DNA from: Octopus sinensis
Lineage: Eukaryota
Assembly (NCBI RefSeq): GCF_006345805.1
Contig: NC_043004.1
Coordinates: 58,652,001 to 58,716,000, forward strand
Reading direction: 5' to 3'
Length of the DNA stretch: 64,000 bases
The position numbers and the translations under genes were made by a program. Of the stretch, positions 52,530 to 64,000 are shown piece by piece. The number at the start of each line of letters is the position of its first letter. The stretch's first letter is position 1. Under the pieces are notes generated by a model. The model was not told the origin of the DNA and searched no databases. It worked only from the letters and a program-made list of their open reading frames with translations.

Positions 52530-52860
52530 AGTACTAAGTGTGACCACCACAGAAGAATACTGAGTCATCAGGTGGAGTCAATGCATCACCCCTGCCTTCG
52601 CTGCATATACTCAAGATAAGCAGTTTGATACTCTTTTCCCATGACTCCATTTCAATGTGCACTGAATGAACACATCCCTTCATATTGCATACGGACTGCT
52701 TGATGGATGCATTTCACAATTAAGCAGGCCATACAATAGATTAAAGCAATGCAGCCTCTATCCATGAAGCACACGTAGCCAAGATGACGCTCACTGAACA
52801 GTGGATATCCAGGCTCAGATACTGTTCTGTTAAGTTCCTCAGAGTTGGTAACCTTTTCAA
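52530..52860 (-). pseudogene. Decayed RTE-like LINE ORF C-terminus
   Basis: KVTNSEEL...HLGYVCFMD.G resembles VTNxEVL...WLGHVCRMDDGR. Confidence 0.5.
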
Positions 52861-52889
52861 CTTAATGTAGTGTTTAAGTTTTCACAAAG

Positions 52890-53155
52890 ACCTTGTGTTG
52901 GTGCCACATCAAAAGCACTGGTGCCACATAAAAAGCACCCAGTACACTTTGTGGAGTGGTTGACATTAGGAAGGGCATCCAGCTATAGAAACCATGCCAG
53001 AACAGAAAATGGAGCTTGGTGTAGCCTCTGACCTTATCAGCTCCTGTCAAAATGTCCGATCCATGCCAGCATGAAAAACAGACGTTAAATGATATGAAGA
53101 TGATGATGGGGATAATGCTGATGATGATAATGATGGTGATGATGATGATGATAAT
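52890..53155 (+). mobile_element. Family K copy with (GAT)n tail
   Basis: GGTGCCACATAAAAAGCACCCAGTACAC...GACGTTAAATGAT. Confidence 0.75.
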
Positions 53156-53653
53156 CTCATGAAATACACATTTAACTCACTTTCTTATCTGACATGTCTC
53201 CACGTTTTGTTTACGAGAGGACCTAAGCTTGATACACCTTTATCTTGATATTCAGTGAAAGGTTTTTATTCTCCCCAGCTCTGTCAGTGAGTTTAACTCT
53301 TTTGATAAACAAAGTACCTGAGACTTTCCCTTGGTTCTGCAATGCAAACTTGCTGTTTAAACAAATATGAATAAAAACCATCCATGAAAGTTTTGCCTGA
53401 GTTTATGTTCCAAACATCTGCTTAATAATAACAAAGTTAATTTACTAAATTCTTTATTATTTTCAAAATCAGCTGAAATAAAAGTAGTGTATTTCAACAG
53501 AAATAAGGTAATTAAAAGGTTAATTATCACTGTAGCTGTGTTATTGATTCACACATCAATCTATGAATTTAGAGATAAGTTGTTGGGTGCGATTGACCCT
53601 AAATATTTTAAATCAACTGATCAGATAAGATTACTAACTTTTTTTTTCTGCTT

Positions 53654-53703
<50 letters not shown>

Positions 53704-54172
53704 AAGAGAGAGAGGTTACTTGTTATTTTAGTATAGAGATACTATTTCAGTGTTAAATATAAGACAGCAGAAAGACAAGATGTTGTACTGCATTGACTTA
53801 GCTGTCTCAGACTTCTAAGCTGAAATCTTTTACATGTTTCAGTTATAGGACTGAGACCATACTGGGGCACCACCTTGAAGAGTTTGGTTACACAAATTGT
53901 TCTCGATACTTATTTTGTTTTTTTTTTAATCAGATACTTTTTATGGGATTATTTTGCTAAACTACTAAGTTATGCAGATGTTAACAAACTAGCATTAGTT
54001 GCCAAGTGATAGATAGAGGAGACAGACACTAACATGAACACACGCACACATATGATGGACTTCCATAGAGCTTCTGTCAACCAGACTCACTCACAAGGTA
54101 TTGATCAGCCCAGGGCTATAGGAGAAGACTTGCCCAAGGCAGCACTGTAGGAATGGAACTGAAAATACTTCT

Positions 54173-54590
54173 CTTTTACTCTTTTATTTGTTTCAGTCAT
54201 TTGACTGCGGCCATGCTGGAGCCCCACCTTTAGTCGAGCAAATCAACCCCAGGACTTACTCTTTGGAAGCCTAGTACTTATTCTATCGGTCTCTTTTGCC
54301 GAACCACTAAGTTACGGGGACATAAACACACCACCATGGTTGCCAACTGATGTTCGGGGCAAACACAGACACACAAACACATACACACACATACATATAT
54401 ATATACACATATATACGAAGGACTTCTTTCAGTTTCCATCTACCTAATCCACTCACAAGGCTTTGGTGGGCCCAAGGCTATAGTAAAAGACACTTGCCCA
54501 AGATGCCATGCAGTGGGACTGAACCCGGAACCATGTGGCTGGTAAGCAAGCTATTTACCACACAGCCACTTCTTCTTAACAACTGAACCA
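54173..54590 (-). mobile_element. SINE family A
   Basis: Full homology. Confidence 0.85.
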
Positions 54591-54799
54591 TGCCTGTACC
54601 TATATGAACTTTGTTCTGCTTTCATCCAGATAAAATAAACATTGGTATTCTAAATAAATGGTACCACTCAGTTGAAATAACTTAGCAAAAGTGCTTTAAC
54701 CCACCATACTAATAGGCTCCATATTTTAATATTATATTTGTGTCTATGGCAGTGAGGTATTGGTCTTGCACTAAAATTTTAAATCAATATATGTCTTGC

Positions 54800-55118
54800 A
54801 AACAACTTGCACATGCAAGTGCTGCCAGTGAAAAGCTCCGTATACCTGAAGCTAGCAAGTGTATGGGGTCATCAGGAGAGAATGCGCGCCGTTTCGGGGC
54901 CTACCTCTCGACGGCATCAATGCGCACCAGCCCCCCTCACTATTAGGCCCCGCTTGCTAGATCAGCTGGTTATGAAGAACTCAATATACGTCTAGCCATC
55001 GCTCATCGTCTCTTTTTAACCAAATCCAGTGGCTAGCCTTCTCCACTGTAGATTGGATATCAGTCATGGTGGTATTGACTTTACGATGAGTTAGGCCTAG
55101 TGATAACAACAGTTGTCT
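54800..55118 (-). mobile_element. 3' end of an RLE-type (HERO-like) non-LTR retrotransposon
   Basis: RQLLLSLGLTHRKVNTTMTDIQSTVEKASHWIWLKRDDERWLDVY* (stop 54981-54983), then a CpG-rich 3'UTR. Confidence 0.5.
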
Positions 55119-55119
55119 C

Positions 55120-55740
55120 AAGGCAACAAGCTGGCAGAATCATTAGCATGCTGGGCAAAATGCTTAGAAGCATTTCACCCATCTTTACAATCTGAGCAAC
55201 ACTTTGGACACGTGTCTTCTTCTATAGCCTCTGGCTGACTAAAGCCTTATAAGTGGGTTTGCTACACAGAAACTGACAGAAGTTCACCGTGTGTGTATGT
55301 GTGTGTGTGTTTGGGTCTGTGTTTATGCCCCATAACTGGTGTTGGTGTGTTTACATCCATTAACTTAGCAGCTCAACAAAATAGATTGATAGAATAAGTA
55401 CCAGATTTGAAAAGAAAATAACTATAGAGGTCAACTAGTTCAACTAATATTCCTCAAGGCGGTGCTCCAGCATGGCCACAGTCTAATGACACAAGTAAAA
55501 AACAAAAAAGAATATAAAGGATATAATCCAATGAGAATTCAGTTGAGTCAGCAGTCACGATATTATAGCAGTGGTAGATAAGTTTTATAAGTATTTAGAG
55601 TTGATTCCACCAAAATCAACTTTGCATTTCATCCTTTTGGAAATGATAAAATAAGTACCAGTTGAACATTGGGGTCAATGTAATTGACTTAGCCACCTCT
55701 CCAGAACTTGTTGGTTCCATGCCAAAATTGAAAACCAATA
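55120..55740 (+). mobile_element. SINE family C split by a ~410-bp insertion (55197-55606)
   Basis: C head to ...TCTGAG at 55196; C body resumes at ...CCACCAAAATCAACTTTGC from 55607. Confidence 0.8.
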
Positions 55741-56295
55741 TCATATTTGTGTTTATTGCATTTCAACTATAACTATTTACTGAGAATGAAGTATGTTGAC
55801 GTCTGTGTCAATGCAATTTTCTACAAATTATGTTCAAATATTTCTCATAAGAATAATGATATATTTCTTAATGTTACTATTTTTAGTTATTACTACTTAT
55901 ACATAGGCATCCGCCATCAGTTAGATCTCTTTCTTGGTTGTAAAGGATATACACTTAGTGATTTGTCTGTGTATGTGTGGTAGGAGGGTAAACTTTTATT
56001 AGCTGATGTTGCTGCAGGAGTGACTCAAAAACTAGGAGTTTATGCCAAAGCATTTGTTTATTAAATTCATTTAATAAATGCCTTGGTACAAAACTCTACC
56101 CACTAAAATCATTAACAGCAATTCAGGTGTATGAACTGAGGGCTCTTTTACCTGCTTGTAAAAAGCGTATGTTTCACATAGTTCTGAAGTGAACTTCTTA
56201 ACCACAATGCCATACTAGCCGCTAAGTGTGAATGTGTATACAAATATACATACACACACACATACATGCTTATCTATCTATCTATCTATCTATCT

Positions 56296-56524
56296 GCGGT
56301 GAGTAGCAGACACATTAGCGCGCTGGGCGAAATGCTTAGCGGTATTTCGTCTGTCGTTACGTTCTGAGTTCGAATTCCGCCGAGGTCAACTTTGCCTTTC
56401 ATCCTTTCGGGTTCGATAAATAAAGTACCAGTTTCGCACTGGGGGTGATATAATCGACTCAATCCCTTCGTCTGTCCTTGTTTGTCCCCTCTATGTTTAG
56501 CCCCTTGTAGGCAGTAAAGAAATA
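56296..56524 (+). mobile_element. SINE family C (well preserved)
   Basis: B-box GAGTTCGAATTCC; core GCCTTTCATCCTTTCGGG.TCGATAAA..AAGTACC; tail GTAAAGAAATA. Confidence 0.9.
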
Positions 56525-56569
<45 letters not shown>

Positions 56570-56639
56570 GTCTGTCTATCTATACATACATATATATATA
56601 TATATATATAATATATATATATATAATATATATATATAT

Positions 56640-56691
<52 letters not shown>

Positions 56692-56829
56692 AGAGAGACA
56701 GACAGATAGTTAAATTTAGATACAGCTATATATGCCAAACTAGACATTGTAGCACAACTCAGTCCTCTGGGCCATCATGTTCTGTTGGACCATCTGATGC
56801 ATCAGCATGGCTGCTAAATGGTACACACA

Positions 56830-57240
56830 TATAGGTGTGGCTGTGTGGTAAGAAGCTTGCTTCCCAACCACATGGTTCTGGGTTCAGTCCCACTGTGTGG
56901 CACCTAGGCAAGTGTCTTCTATTATAGCTTCAGGTTGATCAAAGCCTTGTGAATGGATTTGGAAGACGGAAACTGAAAGAAGCCCATCCTGTATATATAT
57001 ATATATATATATATGTTTGTGTGTGTGTGTGCATCTTTGTTTTTGTGTTTGTCCCCCCATCATTGCTTAACAACCGATGCTGGTGTGTTTATGTCTCCAA
57101 AACTTAGCAATTCAGCAAAAGAGACCAATAGAATAAGTACTAGGCTTACAAAGAATAAGTTCTGGGATCAATTTCTTCGACAAAAGGTGGTTCTCTAGCA
57201 TGGCCACAGTCAAATGACTGAAACTTGTAAAAAAGTAAAT
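56830..57240 (+). mobile_element. SINE family A
   Basis: Full homology. Confidence 0.8.
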
Positions 57241-57491
57241 GTTGAACAATGAGAATGAGTGCTCAACACCGCATTGGCTGATGAAATTTCATTTGTGTAT
57301 AAAGCTTTCCATTGGTTTCATGTTAAGAAAATATCTTAATATCTTAACAATTTTTCAAGCCAGTCACATGGGAGAATGGTTCTCATTTCCATTTTATCAT
57401 ATATGGCACTCCAAAGTGCCTCTGTTTAGAGGCCTGCAAAATTTTAAGTCACATGGAACCATATCAAAATGCTTTAAATAATATATATATA

Positions 57492-57560
<69 letters not shown>

Positions 57561-57721
57561 TATTATATTATATTAAATTAGAGATAAAACCACTATTAGG
57601 CAAATCATACAATGAAAAACTTAAGCCAATACATAAGATTAATTAATTTATATTATTTTAAATATATATCAAAATTATTAAAAACAGATAATTATCTATA
57701 TATGTATTTATATATATATAT

Positions 57722-57800
<79 letters not shown>

Positions 57801-57815
57801 CACATATATATATGT

Positions 57816-57872
<57 letters not shown>

Positions 57873-58529
57873 AATTTTTAACTTATTTCTAGTAATTGTA
57901 GGTGCTGTTTTGCACCCTCATTTATTAATTTTCATTTTGGGTTTTAATTGCTATAGCCAGCTATATTATAATGTATTTAATATAGATAAATATATAGTTG
58001 GTTCATTGAAGGTGTTGGTGTTATAATACACCTTGCTATGTTGAGAAATATATTGTTTTGTATTATTTCTCATTCGATGTGAGTTTTAGTGGAAAGTTGG
58101 TAAAGCAGAATACATTATATGTCTTACAGAACAATCATTATTTTCATTATTTCATAGTTGTATCTTCAGTAGAAACACTGCTGGGATATTCTCTGTGATA
58201 TGAAGAATGTTAATCATTCTTAATGTGCTAATGATGGCATTATTATTATATGTGTTGTATGCAGTATTAGGATATATCTCCAGTGTTGCAATTAAAACAA
58301 TTGATGATTCAGTTCATGGCAATTTGTTCTATACTGTTTGGTGTGTGCTTGTATTTATTGTGTGGTATTGTCTGGAATGCTATGGACAGATAAGATTGTG
58401 ATATATATACTCAGATTGCTTATCACTCAAGAGTGGAATGATGTACAATAATCGGAAGTTGTAAACAGTGATGAAGCTACTGCTGGGTAAGTAAGGTACT
58501 GCATAAGTGATATAGATAAGGGATATATA

Positions 58530-58900
58530 TGGCTGTGTGATAAGAAGTTTGGTTCCCAACCAGATGGTTCTGGGTTCAGTCCCACTGTGCAGCACTTTGG
58601 ATAAGTGTCTTCTTCTATAGCCTCTGGCTGACTAAAGCCTTATAAGTGGGTTTGCTACACAGAAACTGACAGAAGTTCATCGTGTGTGTGTGTGTGTGTG
58701 TCTGCCCCATAACCACTTGACAACTGGTGTTGGTGTGTTTACATCCATTAACTTAGCAGCTCAACAAAATAGATTGATAGAATAAGTACCAGATTTGAAA
58801 AGAAAATAACAATAGAGGTCAACTAGTTCAACTAATATTCCTCAAGGCAGTGCTCCAGCATCGCCACAGTCTAATGGACACAAGTAAAAAGCAAAAAAGA
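58530..58900 (+). mobile_element. SINE family A, degenerate (donor of the 55.2-55.6 kb copy)
   Basis: Shares private mutations with 55200-55510 and retains the 5' head. Confidence 0.8.
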
Positions 58901-59174
58901 ATATAAAGGATATAATCCAATGAGAATTTATTTGAGTCAGCAGTCACGATATTATAGCAGTGGTAGATAAGTTTTATAAGTATTTAGAGTTGATTGCTTT
59001 ATTAACAGATATCCTCTTTCTAAACTATATATAAATATTATTGTAATTCAATGATGCATAATCTCACTGTGATTATATTATTATCATATGGTTACTATGG
59101 ATTGCAGTGCTTTCAAATTTATTTTAAATTAATCATAAAAGGCATTGGGCCATCAGTATTTAATGGTTGATACC

Positions 59175-59406
59175 TATTTCTTTACTGCCCACAAGGGGCT
59201 AAACACAGAGAGGACAAACAAGGACAGACACACGGATCAAGTCAATTGTATCAACCCCAGTGCATAACTGGTACTTATTTAATCGACCCCGAAAGGATGA
59301 AAGGCAAAGTCGACCTCGGTGGAATTTGAACTCAGAACGTAGAGGCAGACGAAATACCGATCAGCATTTCACCCGGCGTGCTAACGTTTCTGCCAGCTTG
59401 CCGCCT
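59175..59406 (-). mobile_element. SINE family C
   Basis: Reverse copy of 56296-56524. Confidence 0.85.
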
Positions 59407-60584
59407 TATTATCTAGCAGAGTCATTAAAGTGTTGGCTAAATTGCTGTGTGATTGCCCTGCTTCTCTGCATTCAGAGTTCAAATCCTACCACAGTCAATT
59501 TTGCCTTCATCATTTTGGGGTTAATAAGATTTGTACAGAAGCTGGTTTTTCTCTCTCATTCTCTGTCTGTATGTCTCGCTTTCTGAAAAAAAAATCGCCT
59601 GTGATAGACTTTGTGTTGAATGGGCTCTGAAAGGTCTAAAAATGTCTATGACATACTACATGTCATGCCATACCTCTTCCACTCCATCAAGTAACCTATT
59701 TGCGAACAAAATATAGCAAGCTTTTTAATGGTTCCCATCCTCAGTTAAAACATGCTTGAAATTAAAATGGAGTTAACATTCGAGGTTCCTTAATGAATTA
59801 AAAATTCCATTTTCTTTTTTTCTTTGAGTTCTTGTTTGTTTTCTTTTTTCTCTTCTGCCCATTCCTCCACCTTTCTAAATGTCTAATTTTATGCTAATGT
59901 TGATCTAATTCCTCATCTATTTATAAATTATTGACTTGTTCTTTTTATAAGTGAAACATATACCAAAACCTATCCTTTAAAAAATTAACAGGATCAAGAT
60001 ATGACATATACTATATCTTTGACAAAATGTTTACTTTAGAGTCTATCCAAATTCATTCTCATTTTGATTTTCATATCAAAATATTCAAACTTTTTGAATT
60101 ACATAAAACAAAAGAGATAAAGATGAAACTGAACTCCTGAGAAATAGTCTATCACCTCTCTCACTTTCCTAACTTTTGCAACCCCCAAAAGTTGACCATT
60201 CTAATTTATGATATTTATTGAAATACTTCTTAGTTTCAACTGCGTTAACAGTCCAAGATTCATAATAGCTTACTTCTTTTACATTTAAGTTCACTTTTCA
60301 CAGGCATGCCCGACAAAGTATGTATTTCCACATACTTTGTTAGTTCAGAATATTTGTGATTGGTATAAAGGCTGTAGATAGAATTAGAACTTCTATTCTT
60401 TCCCTTCTTCAAGTGGTCACAACAAAGAAGCATTTCACAATGTTGCACCAGGAATCCCTGTTCCTTATTGGATTTGTCAGATCCTCAATGTCATGTTGTT
60501 TATTTCTGCCAATAACATCATTATAGCTGAGTGATCTTCATTTTCTGTTTGGATTCAAATGGCTTTAAAATATAACATCCAAAG

Positions 60585-60965
60585 CAGGCGCAGGAGTGGC
60601 TGTGTGGTAAGTAGCTTGGTAACCAACCACATGGTTCCGGGTTCAGTCCCACTGCGCGGCATCTTGGGCAAGTGTCTTCTGCTATAGCCCCGGGTCGACG
60701 GAAACTGAAAGAAGCCGTCGTATATATGTATATATATATGTGTGCATGTATGTTTGTGTGTCTGTATTTGTCCCTCTAGCATTGCTTGACAACCGATGCT
60801 GGTGTGTTTACGTCCCCGTCACTTAGCGGTTCGGCAAAAGAGACCGATAGAATAAGTACTGGGCTTACAAAGAATAAGTCTCGGGGTCGATTTGCTCGAC
60901 TAAAGGCGGTGCTCCAGCATGGCCGCAGTCAAATGACTGAAACAAGTAAAAGAGTAAAGAGTAAA
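60585..60965 (+). mobile_element. SINE family A with short internal deletion
   Basis: Homology. Confidence 0.85.
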
Positions 60966-60999
60966 TATGGCTTGTTGTTCTTCAAGAAATCAGTGTCCT

Positions 61000-61400
61000 G
61001 CAAATCTTACCCTGTGTTAAGCAATATTAGTAGGCATGAATGGAATATGTCGATAAATAAAGAGAAGTCTGATGTGTGTACCATCAAGGCAATCTTAAAC
61101 CTTCTTCTTCATTATCTATGTTTCAGCTGCATTGAGAATGAGGTTCTCTACATATGGGCTGAAGAAGGCAAGCCTTGTTGACTTTGAAATACTTGATTGT
61201 GAGATGTTTTGAAGCTTGCTAGGCTTTGCTATCAAATAGTAGCAATCAAGATGTCAGCAGAACATTTATCTCTGATCTTAACCCTGCTCTCACAGCTCAT
61301 AAACAATGCAATGTGTAAGATTTGTTAACATCTCTAGAGAATGCTGCAACCAAAGTCAGTCTTTTCCTCAATGCAAAGAAGGCTGAATTCAAAGCCACCT
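61000..61400 (+). pseudogene. Decayed RTE-like reverse transcriptase fragment
   Basis: QGNL..S...FISDL...DLLTSLENAATKVSLFLNAKKAEF resembles QGD.L.P...DFADD...LLTSLE.AA.KVGL.LNAKKTE. Confidence 0.55.
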
Positions 61401-61505
61401 ACCAATTTGTTTTAAAGAGGGCACATAACTCAAAGAGAAAATATATTATAAACATTTTTTTCAATATTTATACCATTAACATTGTAATACAATGTACAAG
61501 TAGAA

Positions 61506-61722
61506 AATGGTAAGCTGGCAGAAACATTAGAACACCGGGCAAAATCCTCAGCAGTATTTTGTCTGTCTTTACATTCCGAGTTCAAATTCCGTAGAGGTCA
61601 GCTTTGCCTTTCATTCTTTCAGGATCGATAAATTAAATACGAGTTGCGTACTGGAGTCGATCTAATTGACTGGCCCCCTTCCCCAAAATTTCGGGCCTTG
61701 TGCCTTGAGTAGAAAAGAATAT
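61506..61722 (+). mobile_element. SINE family C
   Basis: Homology. Confidence 0.8.
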
Positions 61723-64000
61723 TAGGCACAGGTAGCACAATGTCATGTCAGATTTCTTAATGACCCTAATTAACATTCTTAATTGTCTGTTAACATAAAT
61801 GCACAATTTCCTCATTTACCTCACTATCCCATGATTATCTCAGTTGTCAATTCTATGTCAGAAAAGCATTCTATTCTGATATGGATTTTTATTTAACAAA
61901 ATATTTTTTATGTAAATTTTACTTCATGGAACATATTCTTGCCTCTCGATGTTTCTGTTATGAATGGTAATCACTATTGTTTAAACATGTTTGACTATTC
62001 CCTTGGAATACAAAAGAAAAAATGAGAGAGAAAGAAATTACATTAGAAAATCCTTTTATAGCTAATTGCTTATATTTCCAATTTTGTTTTACTTGGATTT
62101 TCTTTCACTGTTCAAAACTGTATGAAATTCATGTTAATGCAATCTGCTTTCACATATCTCTTTTTGCAGAGCCTCATCTACAAGACGGCTCAAACTGGGT
62201 GACCTGGTAGATAAGATTTATCATACCCTTTGATATCGTTATAGCATGTATGAATATCAAATACTTAAATGTTTTAAACATATATAGTTTTCTATCATAT
62301 TCATTTAAATTTATAAATATCATTTCACATTAATTACCTTCTTTTTAAGCAAGCATATTATAGCACTTAAAGTTATCATTTATCTAATGAAAATCTAGTT
62401 TTATTATCGGTAGTGAGTACCAAGGTATAGCATTAAGTTGTTGAGAATCCAAATTTGCGACCCAGTTTTTACCTCTCCAGCTGGAACTGCTTTATTTACT
62501 TCACTAAAAGCTCTCTATAGTGCTAATATCTCATGCCACATGAAGAAATTAGAAGCATTCCTCAATAAGCTATGTTTCTTCTTTGGTTACAGCACTTGCT
62601 ATATTCTTCACATACCTCTAAATCATACTGGATTCAGGCTCATCTTACTCACATATATACCAATCTATCTTTCTATAAAATGTATCTTAACAAAATGCCA
62701 GTGTCTCCATAATATATCTACCTTCACACATTTAATGTCTATGTGAATGAATAAGTGAAAAGGCACATTCTCTGGATGCTAACTTCACTTACTTTTATCT
62801 GAAGTTGACTCCAAAGTGGGTGAAATCCCTATTTTAGTCAACTACATAGGAGTAGCACTGGAATTTAAGGTGAATATTATTATTAATATGCAAAGGTAAG
62901 TTCACACTAACAGAGCATTATCTTGGAGTTGTAAGGTTCCAATTCTGTTGTGTTTCTTCTCAGTCATCATTCTCAGAATTCTCTTGAAACATTTAAAGAA
63001 CTTTTAGTTAAATAAATACAAAGTAATGGTACCAACATACATAATGTCATAATTGAATGTTCAACTGATTTTGATACATTAATCAGTTTTCTTTCAACAG
63101 TGTATTAACTTCAACATTTAACTTCTATGTTTTAACATTTGAAGCATTGTCAAAAATCCACAAAAATAAATTGAAATTTTTAAACAATCATGAGAAGTGA
63201 AAAATGTATTAAAGAATTAGAATACTCTTTTTAAATGTTTAAATTTGTTAATTTTTACCATTGTTGTTATGGTTGTTTATGCTGATATTTCAACAAGTGT
63301 TATTGTATTTTCACAGGAAAGGTTTAACCTAACATTTTGCTGCCTCAGATTGCCACAGATGCTGTCAAGATGCAGAAAGAGATGTTTATGAAACCTTGTT
63401 CTCGTGACAGACAGTAAACTGATGTGCAGTGTCTGTAGTATTTACTTGTGATATTTTAGCCAATAAGACACTGTCTGCAACACCAGCTAATGAATGACAT
63501 AACTCAACTGTCACAATGAAAAGGTTTAAAAAAAATTGCTAATGAAAAAAGAAAATTAGAAAACAAACAAAAACTAAAGAATATGAGAAATTGAGTGCTT
63601 CCCCCACAGCAAAAGAATTAAGTATGGATTCACAAGTGTACGTGCAAAAGTGAAGCTTAGTGTCAGTAATCTGGCAATATTTCATGGAGTCTATGATTCT
63701 TGCCAAAAAGGAATTCTCTTGATTTTGTGAAGGGCACCTGTTTGTAAGTAGATCATATTTGACTGAGAAGAGCAAAGGGAAAAAGAATGAACGAATAATC
63801 ATAAAAATTTCCCTCTGAGGACCACCCGTTAATCTTGCAAAAACAAAAAAAAAAGTATAAAAGAAAATTTGTTTACAGTAGTTTTTAGATATGAAGATAT
63901 TTTGCCTTTGAGTTTTCCTTTTTTTTTAATCTTTATTTATAGTACAACAAAGTTTATCGACAACCTTGGGTTTAATAGCATCGGGCAGGGTAAGAAGTGA

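Noticed and set aside
54860-54905. GAAAC followed by CTGATGA on the minus strand in the HERO-like UTR, suggesting a permuted hammerhead
   Set aside because: The stem II strands would both be CCCC and no NUH triplet with stem III is present.
63300-63420. Possible downstream exon after TTTTCACAG or CTGCCTCAG
   Set aside because: Short frames, a weak donor and no recognisable protein similarity give insufficient support.

Overview
Very AT-rich, microsatellite-dense eukaryotic (intron-type/intergenic) DNA. It is most likely from an octopus; that is an inference from the recurrent tRNA-headed SINE families and long (TA)n/(AAT)n tracts. Nearly all supplied ORFs are translations of microsatellites or SINEs. 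Supported content: (1) A ~5.6 kb head-to-head fold-back (55-5615, apex GTGCAT-TAAG-ATGCAC at 2835-2850) of an RT-less Penelope-like (Naiad-type) retroelement. Each arm carries thumb/linker, CxCx5Cx5C and GIY-YIG coding sequence and ends in a type I hammerhead ribozyme. The arms have different frameshifts, and their consensus is one open ~400-aa frame starting at the ATG at the apex. (2) At least five other hammerhead or hammerhead-remnant repeat types: an intact one at 12582-12667, a variant with a circularly permuted copy, a tRNA-headed hammerhead SINE-like element, and a cluster of three small fold-backs at 25.9-27.5 kb. They are typically embedded in (TA)n or (AAT)n. (3) One clear host exon (48004-~49006, +) encoding a disordered Ser/His/Gln/acidic segment with a KKSILKK motif; the gene is not identified. 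(4) An Hsmar1-like mariner, a second Tc1/mariner remnant, hAT and piggyBac-type MITEs, a non-autonomous Helitron, RTE and HERO-like LINE fragments, and many SINEs. (5) A ~400-bp local templated duplication inserted into a SINE. All alignments and folds were done by eye, and SINE family letters A-K are my own labels.
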